From IMG/VR virus record IMGVR_UViG_3300040801_001445, positions 1-40,249 of that record: a DNA stretch of 40,249 bases, one strand, 5' to 3'. The notes under the pieces were generated by a model. That model saw only the letters and a program-made list of their open reading frames with translations, was not told the origin of the DNA and made no database searches. A program made the translations under genes and the position numbers. Origin of the DNA: a virus. Shown piece by piece: positions 1-6,123 of the stretch (its first letter is position 1; the number at the start of each line of letters is the position of its first letter).

Positions 1-117
1 CGCTGCGCGAGCGCGATACACGCAGTCCATGTCGCGCTCGTATCGGCGCATCATGTCGGGGTACTGCTCGCGGTCGGGGTACTCCTGATCGACTCGCTCG
101 GCCAGATCGTCCGCGCA
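1..117. repeat. Left copy of a 117-bp direct terminal duplication, identical to 40133..40249
   Basis: Base-by-base comparison of the first and last 117 nt shows identity. The repeat lies inside a minus-strand reading frame that continues across the junction. Confidence 0.95.
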
Positions 118-246
118 CTCTTTCAGCAGCGCCTCTAGCCGCTTGATGTGGGCGGCGGCTTCGCGAAACTTGGCGGCATCCTCCACGTAGCCGCCGTGAT
201 AAATCCGGTCGCTGCACCCCAGTAAATAATCCGCGTGCTTGCTCAT
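1..246 (-). CDS. Hypothetical protein, 5' part of a 92-aa ORF that crosses the circular junction and continues at 40132..40100
   Basis: The ATG at 246..244 shares a base with the upstream stop. My manual translation reads MSKHADYLLGCSDRIYHGGYVEDAAKFREAAAHIKRLEALLKECADDLAERVDQEYPDREQYPDMMRRYERDMDCVYRARAA. The frame stays open to base 1 and is in frame with 40100..40132. Confidence 0.7.
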   Translation of the reverse strand, partial: MSKHADYLLGCSDRIYHGGYVEDAAKFREAAAHIKRLEALLKECADDLAERVDQEYPDREQYPDMMRRYERDMDCVYRARAA

Positions 247-701
247 CACTCATCCTCCCCGCGCAGGCGGTTATGGAACGCAACCAGTGCGCAATACGCA
301 TCGTCCGCGCTATCAGCAGCCTTGCGGGCGAAATGCGCAGAGGATTCTGCTTTCAGCAACGCTCGGACCAGCTCCTTCCGCGCCACCGCAGCAAGCGGGG
401 CGGGCTCCGGTTGCACCGCTTGCTCTCCGAGATGGAACGCTTCGCGCACGGCGGCGAGCATTAGCTGCCCCTGTGCTGTGTTCGTGGCGGCGACGAGAAC
501 GCGATCTTCTATGTCGCACAGGTGCGCGGAGGCTGCCGTTGCCGCGTCTACTGGTACTGGCGCATCGGGCTCTGCCTGCGGGGCGGGCTTCTCCACTTCA
601 ACCGGCTGGTTGCCCGACCACCGCGGGCAGCCCCCTTCCTCCGCGCAGTGACCGCCCTGACAGCCGCAGTCCTCGGGCTCGGGGCTCTTGGTCCGGCTCA
701 T
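246..701 (-). CDS. Hypothetical protein, 151 aa, with a Cys-rich N-terminus (CGCQGGHCAEEGGC)
   Basis: ORF-track 246..917 trimmed to the MSRTKSPEPE start. The ATG at 701 overlaps the upstream stop (ATGA) and a GGAGGG SD-like sequence lies upstream. Confidence 0.65.
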   Translation of the reverse strand: MSRTKSPEPEDCGCQGGHCAEEGGCPRWSGNQPVEVEKPAPQAEPDAPVPVDAATAASAHLCDIEDRVLVAATNTAQGQLMLAAVREAFHLGEQAVQPEPAPLAAVARKELVRALLKAESSAHFARKAADSADDAYCALVAFHNRLRGEDE

Positions 702-1012
702 GCCGTGTCCCTCCGCTTCAACGCCTTCTCCATGCGCTCGCGCCCCCACCGGGTCAGCGTCCAGCCGGTGCCGTAGCCCATGCGATGCTCGATGCGCCAG
801 CCGGGCAGCTTGGCGTCGGGATCCATGGACCCGCCCACCGCGATGATGGCCGCAGCCGTGCGCTGCTGGAGCACGTTGCCCCGCAGCTCGCCCGGCGCGC
901 GCACCATCCACTGCCACTCGTAGAGCGCCTCGGGGCCGGAGGGGATCCGGTAGAGCAGATCCCCGGCCAGGATGGCCCTGGCGTGCTTCTTCTGCGTCTC
1001 GCTCAGCTTCAT
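698..1012 (-). CDS. Hypothetical protein, 104 aa
   Basis: ORF-track 698..1015. The ATG at 1012 shares a base with the upstream TGA, a GAGGAGGA SD lies just upstream, and the composition is protein-like (MKLSETQKKHARAILAG...). Confidence 0.75.
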   Translation of the reverse strand: MKLSETQKKHARAILAGDLLYRIPSGPEALYEWQWMVRAPGELRGNVLQQRTAAAIIAVGGSMDPDAKLPGWRIEHRMGYGTGWTLTRWGRERMEKALKRRDTA

Positions 1013-1305
1013 CACTCCTCCTCGTCCGTGGGCTCTGCGAGGATGGCGCGGGCCACCTCGACGTTGCTCATCGTGGCGTCAGCGCACTGCTCGTAGCCGG
1101 CGATGATCCGCAGGCCGTTCTCCAGCCGCTCGATCCGGTCCCGCTGAGCGTCTGCTCGCAAGAGCAGCGCTCGTAGCTGCGATGCGTCCACTGTGCACTT
1201 CGGCGAGCCGACAGACATGCCGCCCTGCGTTGGTCGGTACGCATCCTCAACAGCCTGTTTCAACGTCCTAATGGCTTCTCCTCCGCGCGAAGGAAGATTG
1301 GTCAT
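1012..1305 (-). CDS. Hypothetical protein, 97 aa
   Basis: C-terminal part of ORF-track 1012..1635, starting at MTNLPSRGGE. The ATG at 1305 overlaps the upstream stop (ATGA). Confidence 0.7.
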   Translation of the reverse strand: MTNLPSRGGEAIRTLKQAVEDAYRPTQGGMSVGSPKCTVDASQLRALLLRADAQRDRIERLENGLRIIAGYEQCADATMSNVEVARAILAEPTDEEE

Positions 1306-1697
1306 CCGTACATGCTCCTGTGCCGCCGCCAGTTCTCGTTCGTGCTCACCAGCGGCCCCTGGCGCCACGGGCTCCGCTCGTTGGTGCGGTAGGTCAGGCA
1401 GTCCTGCGCCCGCGCCCGGCCGCGCCCGGTCAGCCGCAGCACCCGCACCCGCCCCTCCTGCACGCAGGTCTCCCACACCATGGGCTCCGTGAACGGCGCC
1501 AGGATGTCGGCGAGCGCCCGCTGCGTCTGCCAGTGGATCGCCATGCCGTGCTCGGCCTCCAGCACCGTGAACTGCGTGAGCAGCACCTCGGGCCACCGCC
1601 CTCGCCCAGGGGGCGCACTCACCACCAGGCGCCACCCCTCCACCAGCCGGGCCAGCACCTCCTTCTGCGTGGCGGTCATCTCGCCTCGGGTTCTCAT
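1302..1697 (-). CDS. Hypothetical protein, 131 aa
   Basis: ORF-track 1302..1697, with ATGA overlaps at both ends. Confidence 0.7.
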   Translation of the reverse strand: MRTRGEMTATQKEVLARLVEGWRLVVSAPPGRGRWPEVLLTQFTVLEAEHGMAIHWQTQRALADILAPFTEPMVWETCVQEGRVRVLRLTGRGRARAQDCLTYRTNERSPWRQGPLVSTNENWRRHRSMYG

Positions 1698-1909
1698 GGC
1701 GTCCTCCGCTCCAGGGCCTTGCCGGCCACTTCCTGCATCCAGGCGGATTGCAGCCGGTCGGGCAGCATGGGGTTGCCGTCGCGGATCATCTCCAGCGCGA
1801 TGCGGTGTATGTCCGCCTCCGAGCGCACCAGGTAGCGCATCACCGCGCCCCCGACGCCCAGGCCCGCAGCGAACGCCATCACACCCACCATGGTGAACAG
1901 CTCGCTCAT
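1694..1909 (-). CDS. Small membrane protein, 71 aa
   Basis: Tail of ORF-track 1694..2056 from MSELFTMVGVMAFAAGLGVGGAVM, which has a hydrophobic N-terminus. ATGA overlaps occur at both ends. Confidence 0.65.
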   Translation of the reverse strand: MSELFTMVGVMAFAAGLGVGGAVMRYLVRSEADIHRIALEMIRDGNPMLPDRLQSAWMQEVAGKALERRTP

Positions 1910-2139
1910 GGCTCGTCCTCCCCTCTGGTGTCCTCCCATCCGGTGAACGCCAGCGCCCGCGCGAGCTGATGAATCAGCTCCACCGCCTCCAGCCGGGTCA
2001 TCTCCAGGCTGGTGTGGCTGCTCTGCGCCCCGCCGAAGTGGTGAAGCCACAGGCACACGCGACGCCGCGGGTTCTCCCAGGTCAGCACCTCCGGCAGCAC
2101 GTCGATCCGCGCCCCCTGTACCCCTCGCTGCAGCTTCAC
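1906..2139 (-). CDS. Hypothetical protein, 77 aa, GTG start
   Basis: Tail of ORF-track 1906..2235 from VKLQRGVQGARIDVL. The GTG at 2139 overlaps the upstream TGA (GTGA). Confidence 0.55.
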   Translation of the reverse strand: MKLQRGVQGARIDVLPEVLTWENPRRRVCLWLHHFGGAQSSHTSLEMTRLEAVELIHQLARALAFTGWEDTRGEDEP

Positions 2140-2414
2140 AGCCCCACTCTCTCGCGGATGTCCCGCACCCAACGCAACAGCTCCAGCATCCGGGCAGCCT
2201 CCTCGTCCAGCCGGGCAGCCAGCTCGCACGAGCACTCGGGCTTGGGACTCGGGGGTGCCTCCTCGAACGACACCAAGGCGGGTCTCAGCACCGGCTGCAA
2301 GGCGTCCACAAGCAGCGCCAGCTCGTCGTTCACGCTGGTGATGTGCTCCTCCAGCAGCGTCAGCACGCCCAGGACCGTGCGCGCCTCCTGCTGCCCCATC
2401 TGAGACTTCTCCAT
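2136..2414 (-). CDS. Hypothetical protein, 92 aa, first gene of the leftward operon
   Basis: ORF-track 2136..2414, with a GAGGAGCAGGAGC SD region directly upstream of the ATG. Confidence 0.75.
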   Translation of the reverse strand: MEKSQMGQQEARTVLGVLTLLEEHITSVNDELALLVDALQPVLRPALVSFEEAPPSPKPECSCELAARLDEEAARMLELLRWVRDIRERVGL

Positions 2415-2440
2415 GCTCCTGCTCCTCTGTGGTCTGGCAC

Positions 2441-2512
2441 CTCAGAGCATCTGAGATGCTGAGGGCAGTCTGGGGGAGGGAAATCTGGGGGTCAAGCGGC
2501 TGAGATGCTCAG
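2441..2512. promoter_or_regulatory. Operator-like cluster of CTCAG/CTGAG pentamers, with a 10-mer CTGAGATGCT repeated at 2451..2460 and 2500..2509
   Basis: Seen directly. CTGAG-ATG-CTCAG forms a dyad at 2500..2512 and CTCAG-N5-CTGAG another at 2441..2455. The cluster lies 27-98 bp upstream of the first leftward gene. Confidence 0.4.
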
Positions 2513-2540
2513 GGGGTTGCGGGGGGAGTTGTGGGTGGGG
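2463..2540 (+). other. Two canonical G-quadruplex-type motifs, 2463..2491 and 2512..2540
   Basis: The G-runs read G3-N6-G5-N1-G3-N6-G5 and G5-N4-G6-N6-G3-N1-G4 on the plus strand. They flank the 2500..2512 dyad. Confidence 0.35.
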
Positions 2541-2777
2541 ATGGAAGCTCCGATCGACGACGCGGCTGTTTCCCCGGCCGGGGGTCCGCGCGGTGGGCGG
2601 AGGCGGGCTGCGGGCCGTCGTCGCACCCTCGGGCGTCGGCCAGGATCAATGATCCGCTTTCAGGGGGCGCATTTAACATAATACGGATTGCACGAAGGGC
2701 CGCATCCCTTGCATATCAATGGGTTACTGGTATCTCACATAGCCGATGGGTGCGGTAGTGCGCCGTTCCACGTCCTG

Positions 2778-2829
2778 GTACGTGTAAACGTACAGGGTCA
2801 AAGCCCCTTGCCCTTCAATGGTTTACACG
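2778..2829. repeat. Inverted pair of the genome-wide motif: CGTGTAAAC (2781..2789) and GTTTACACG (2821..2829), separated by 31 nt
   Basis: Both 9-bp arms are perfect. The left arm sits within a local dyad, GTACG-TGTAAA-CGTAC (2778..2793). Confidence 0.85.
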
Positions 2830-2960
2830 GTCCAGGCACGTCCAGGGGCGTGGGCCCGGCCCCGGCGCGGCGCCTTCGCGGCCTACTCGGAACCATCGAC
2901 ATCCCCGAACAACCACCCCCCGATCATCAGTCTTTCCCGATCCAAGCCGCTTCCTACTCG

Positions 2961-2993
2961 CCTCCCTCTTCCCCCGACTTCCTCCCTCTTCCC
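2961..2993 (+). repeat. Direct repeat of the 13-mer CCTCCCTCTTCCC (2961..2973 and 2981..2993) within a polypyrimidine tract
   Basis: Seen directly. The plus strand is pyrimidine-rich from about 2900 to 2995. Confidence 0.8.
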
Positions 2994-3464
2994 AGGCATG
3001 CCGCGGGCTCCCGCTGTGCTGCGCCCTGGGGCGCGTTCCTGCGTCCGCCTGGCCCTGGCCCGTTTCAACAGCATCGACGCTCTGGCGGCGTTCCTGGAGC
3101 GCTCACAGCGTCCGTGCCTGTCGCGCATGCTGGAACATTCCATCGCGCCGTCTCGCGCATGGGTGCGGAGCGGTTTCCTGGGGGCTTCTGGTGAGGTCGA
3201 GCGGGAGTCGAGGCGGGCAATGTCACATTGCAGAGCGGGGGCGCCTGGAGCGGCTTGCGGGGGCCTTCCCTGTAGTGGCTCTGCTGTAGCGGGTGCGAGG
3301 GTACCTACTCACTCCCTCGGCATCCTTCTCACGGTGTACCCTCCCCGTTCCGCCCGTCACGCTACACGTCCCCATCACGCTCCTGGCAGACCGTTGGTCG
3401 GGCCGCTCGTCGGGAGAGCGTTTAAACTCTGGACGGGGAGCGGCTGAGCAGCTACGGTTCAGGG

Positions 3465-3487
3465 GTCAGCGTGAGGCTGACGCTTCC
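3465..3487 (+). terminator. Hairpin GTCAGC-GTGAG-GCTGAC followed by a C/T-rich tail
   Basis: A 6-bp stem is followed by GCTTCC, immediately 5' of leader motif copy 1. Confidence 0.3.
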
Positions 3488-3505
3488 TCTTCACGGACTC
3501 GGAGA
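3488..3505 (+). promoter_or_regulatory. Conserved early-gene leader, copy 1: TCTTCACGGACTCGGAGA
   Basis: Lies 6 nt upstream of the ATG at 3512. UCUUC can pair with GGAGA (the SD), leaving ACGGACUC in the loop. Confidence 0.6.
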
Positions 3506-3511
3506 AACGCC

Positions 3512-3778
3512 ATGACCATCACCGACCGCGACACCCGAACCGCACGGGTCGCCCGCCTCGCCGCCAGCAAGCTGATGCTCGCGGAGCACGACATCCAGGC
3601 CGTCGCCGGAGAGCTTCTGAAGGCCGCGGCCCACGCGCCGGATCTGGCTCTCGTTGAAGCCTACGCGCTCCGCGATGAAGTCACGGCGCTGCGGCGCCGG
3701 CTCGCAATCCTGGCTCGCAGCGTGGAGAACGGCGACGAGTACCTTGGCGAATCCGGCATGGGCCCGGCCGCCGAGTGA
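3512..3778 (+). CDS. Hypothetical early protein, 88 aa
   Basis: Tail of ORF-track 3293..3778 from MTITDRDTRTARVARLAAS, preceded by the conserved leader and SD. Confidence 0.7.
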   Translation: MTITDRDTRTARVARLAASKLMLAEHDIQAVAGELLKAAAHAPDLALVEAYALRDEVTALRRRLAILARSVENGDEYLGESGMGPAAE

Positions 3779-3786
3779 CCGCACCA

Positions 3787-3820
3787 GGGCCCGGCGCCGA
3801 GCCGGGCCCGCCCTTCTTCT
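3787..3820 (+). terminator. Intrinsic-terminator-like hairpin GGGCCCGGC-GCCGA-GCCGGGCCC followed by a CCCTTCTTCT tail
   Basis: A perfect 9-bp GC stem with a 5-nt loop and a T/C-rich tail, directly after the stop at 3776..3778. Confidence 0.5.
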
Positions 3821-3834
3821 TCACGGACCGGAGA
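3818..3834 (+). promoter_or_regulatory. Conserved early-gene leader, copy 2: TCTTCACGGACCGGAGA
   Basis: Lies 8 nt upstream of the ATG at 3843. It has the same stem arms with a 7-nt loop containing GGA. Confidence 0.6.
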
Positions 3835-3842
3835 ACGCCACC

Positions 3843-3929
3843 ATGACCCTCGCCATTCTCGCACTCTGCACCGTCACCGGCTGGACCCTGGGACGCGCCC
3901 TCACGCGCGCCGTCGGCCTGGCCCGCTAA
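3843..3929 (+). CDS. Small hydrophobic peptide, 28 aa (MTLAILALCTVTGWTLGRALTRAVGLAR)
   Basis: The conserved leader and SD lie upstream. Third codon positions are almost all G/C. Confidence 0.55.
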   Translation: MTLAILALCTVTGWTLGRALTRAVGLAR

Positions 3930-3939
3930 ACCGCTTGCA

Positions 3940-3980
3940 GCGGGGCCGCTGAGCAGCTACTCTCGGCCCCGCTTTCATCA
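3940..3980 (+). terminator. Intrinsic-terminator-like hairpin GCGGGGCCG-N15-CGGCCCCGC followed by a TTTCATCA tail
   Basis: A perfect 9-bp stem. The loop carries the 13-mer GCTGAGCAGCTAC, which also occurs at 3443..3455. Confidence 0.5.
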
Positions 3981-3998
3981 TCTTCACGGACTCGGAGA
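3981..3998 (+). promoter_or_regulatory. Conserved early-gene leader, copy 3: TCTTCACGGACTCGGAGA
   Basis: Identical to copy 1, 7 nt upstream of the ATG at 4006. Confidence 0.6.
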
Positions 3999-4005
3999 TT
4001 CAACC

Positions 4006-4662
4006 ATGGCTACCCCTTCCGCCCTGACCACCGACCGCGAAGCCTGGCTCACGGAAGCCGCTTCGCTGCTCCTCGACACCGTCGTTGCTCCCGCTTGCCA
4101 GGCCCTCGGCCACGAGTACACCAGCGCCCTGGCCGACCTGGGCGACTCCTGGCGCGTCGCCTGCGGCTGGCCCATCGGCTCGCGTGCCGGCGCCCGCCGC
4201 GGCATTGCCGGACAGTGCTTCGCGCGCTCCGCCAGCGCTGCCGGCCTGGCCGAAGTCTTCATCTCGCCGCGGCTTTACGAGGGCCCGCAGGTTCTCGCCA
4301 CGCTTCTTCATGAGCTGCTCCACGCTGTGGACGACTGCCGCGACGGACACCGTGGCCGGTTCGCTGCCATGGCTCGCGCCGTGGGCTTCGTGGCGCCCCT
4401 CACGGAACTGCACCTCACGGACGCGCTCACGGCCGAGCTGGCCGAGATGGCCGAGCTGCTGCCGCCCTATCCGCATGCGGCCCTGGACGTGAACGCCGGC
4501 CGCAAGAAGCAGGGCACGCGCATGGTCAAGGTCGAGTGCGGCGCCTGCGGCTTCCTGTTCCGCACTACGGCCAAGCATCTGGCCGCCCTGGACGAGTCGA
4601 GCCCCTGCCCGGCCTGTCACCAGACGGAATCCCTGCTGATCGACGGAAGCGTCGGGGAATGA
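4006..4662 (+). CDS. SprT-like zinc metalloprotease domain protein with a C-terminal zinc ribbon
   Basis: ORF-track 4006..4662. It has an HELLHAVDD (HExxH) motif and C-terminal CGACG...CPACH cysteine pairs. Confidence 0.7.
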   Translation: MATPSALTTDREAWLTEAASLLLDTVVAPACQALGHEYTSALADLGDSWRVACGWPIGSRAGARRGIAGQCFARSASAAGLAEVFISPRLYEGPQVLATLLHELLHAVDDCRDGHRGRFAAMARAVGFVAPLTELHLTDALTAELAEMAELLPPYPHAALDVNAGRKKQGTRMVKVECGACGFLFRTTAKHLAALDESSPCPACHQTESLLIDGSVGE

Positions 4663-4728
4663 CCCCGGCGCCGCCGGGGGCCCTGGTCACAGCGACAGGG
4701 CCGCCGGGGGCGCCGAGCCCCATCCCCA

Positions 4729-4746
4729 TCTTCACGGAATCGGAGA
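4729..4746 (+). promoter_or_regulatory. Conserved early-gene leader, copy 4: TCTTCACGGAATCGGAGA
   Basis: Lies 7 nt upstream of the ATG at 4754 and is preceded by GC hairpins (for example GGCCCTG-N10-CAGGGCC at 4679..4702). Confidence 0.6.
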
Positions 4747-4753
4747 ACCGACC

Positions 4754-6121
4754 ATGACCGCACAAGCATCCATCATCACCAGCGAAGCGCGCGAGCGCCT
4801 CGGCCGGCCCGCGTGCCGCCAGGCCCTGGAGTCGTTCCGCGAGGCCCTTGGTCTCGTCGGCAGCGAAAGCGTGTCCGGCGTGAGCCTGGCTACGCTCGTC
4901 GATCTGAAAAACAATCCGCAGGGGACCAGCGCGAAGCGCGAGGACGCGAAGCGCGCCATGCGCCGGCTGTGCACAGCGGCTGGCTACCGATGGGCGGACG
5001 TGGAATTCGACACCATGGCGCTCGTGCTGCGCGTCGCCGAGGACCTTCACGGAATGCCCGGCGCGGAGCCGGAGCCCCAGGCGGAGCCCGAGCCCGAGCC
5101 CCAAGCCGAGCCGGAGCCGGCCCCCGAGCCGGCCCCCGAGCCGGAGCCGGAGCCGGAGCCGAGCATTGCGTCCCTGGTGGGCCCCGGCGCCGAGCCCGAT
5201 GCGGCCACGGCCCTGGCCGACGCAATCCGCCGCATCGCTGGCAGCGCCTCGGCGCCTGTGGACGAAGGCCGCGTCATCGAGCTGATCCGCCAGCATGCGG
5301 GGCCGCGGCAGACGACCACCACGCACCGGATCGAGATCCCCCAGGCGTCCGGCGATCCGGTCGTCATCGAAGGCGCGCACCCTGCCGTGCCGCGGCTGGT
5401 GCAGGCGCTGGCCGCAGGCCGCGAGCGCGTGCGCCGTGTAAACGTCCTCATGGTGGGCCCCGCCGGATCCGGCAAGACGCACGCGGCCGAGCAGGCGGCG
5501 GAAGCCCTGTCCGTGCCCTTCTACAGCATCGGCGCCGTCGACGATGCGTTCAGCATCCTGGGATTCCGGGACGCACGCGGCGAGTACCAGGCGACCGCGT
5601 TTCGCCAAGCATGGGAAGAGGGCGGCCTGTTCCTCTTCGACGAGATGGATGGCAGCGCGCCCGAGGCGCTGCTTGTGGTGAACCAGGCGCTGGCGAACGG
5701 GTGCATGGCATTCCCGGACGGAATGGTGAAGCGTCACCCGGAGTTCTACTGCATCGCCGCCGCGAACACTTACGGGCACGGCGCGGATCGGCAGTATGTG
5801 GGCCGCTCGCAACTTGATGCGGCCACGCTCGACCGCTTCGCCACCATGGCGTTCGACTATGACGCCACGCTAGAACGGAAGCTTGCTGGCGATACGGAAC
5901 AGGCGTCGCGCTGGTGCGACTACGTGCAAGCGGTCCGCCAGGCTGCGCGCACGAGCGGCGCGCGCATCATCGTCAGCATGCGCGCGAGCATCATGGGCGC
6001 CGATCTGCTCGCCGCCGGCTGGTCCGTCGAAGAAGTCTGCGAGTCCGTCCTCTGGAAAGGCTGCCCGGCCGACACGCGGGCACAGCTTGAATCCTCCGCA
6101 GGCAAGCCCACGGGAGTCTGA
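4754..6121 (+). CDS. AAA+ ATPase (AAA_5, MoxR/CobS-like) with an N-terminal Glu-Pro repeat linker
   Basis: Walker A is MVGPAGSGKTH and Walker B is LFLFDEMD. The downstream AAANTYG...LDAATLDRF region is typical of AAA_5. ORF-track 4754..6121. Confidence 0.8.
   Translation: MTAQASIITSEARERLGRPACRQALESFREALGLVGSESVSGVSLATLVDLKNNPQGTSAKREDAKRAMRRLCTAAGYRWADVEFDTMALVLRVAEDLHGMPGAEPEPQAEPEPEPQAEPEPAPEPAPEPEPEPEPSIASLVGPGAEPDAATALADAIRRIAGSASAPVDEGRVIELIRQHAGPRQTTTTHRIEIPQASGDPVVIEGAHPAVPRLVQALAAGRERVRRVNVLMVGPAGSGKTHAAEQAAEALSVPFYSIGAVDDAFSILGFRDARGEYQATAFRQAWEEGGLFLFDEMDGSAPEALLVVNQALANGCMAFPDGMVKRHPEFYCIAAANTYGHGADRQYVGRSQLDAATLDRFATMAFDYDATLERKLAGDTEQASRWCDYVQAVRQAARTSGARIIVSMRASIMGADLLAAGWSVEEVCESVLWKGCPADTRAQLESSAGKPTGV
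5063..5161 (+). repeat. Imperfect tandem GAGCCN/GCCCCN repeats encoding AEPEPQAEPEPEPQAEPEPAPEPAPEPEPEPEP
   Basis: Seen in both the DNA and the ORF-track peptide. Confidence 0.9.
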
Positions 6122-6123
6122 CC

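Larger units (their letters stand above)
2415..3511. promoter_or_regulatory. Divergent noncoding control region of about 1.1 kb between the leftward and rightward operons
   Basis: Only Pro/Arg/Ser-rich shadow ORFs lie here. The region holds the most AT-rich stretch of the genome (about 2641..2830), repeated pentamers, G-runs, a polypyrimidine tract and the CGTGTAAAC/GTTTACACG dyad. Confidence 0.7.

Noticed and set aside
1-117. A T7-like physical direct terminal repeat
   Set aside because: The repeat is entirely inside a reading frame that continues across the junction, so an assembly overlap of a circular or permuted genome is more parsimonious. Only read data can settle this.
2688-3447. Plus-strand ORFs 2688..3194 (168 aa) and 2818..3447 (209 aa) in the divergent region
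   Set aside because: The peptides are Pro/Arg/Ser/Ala-rich and lack SDs. They cross the polypyrimidine tract and repeat elements, so I treated the region as noncoding.
4565-5812. A 415-aa minus-strand ORF opposite the AAA ATPase gene
   Set aside because: Its low-complexity Arg/Gly/Leu composition includes the mirror of the Glu-Pro repeat (RLGLGLGLRLGLRL). The plus-strand frame has clear Walker motifs.
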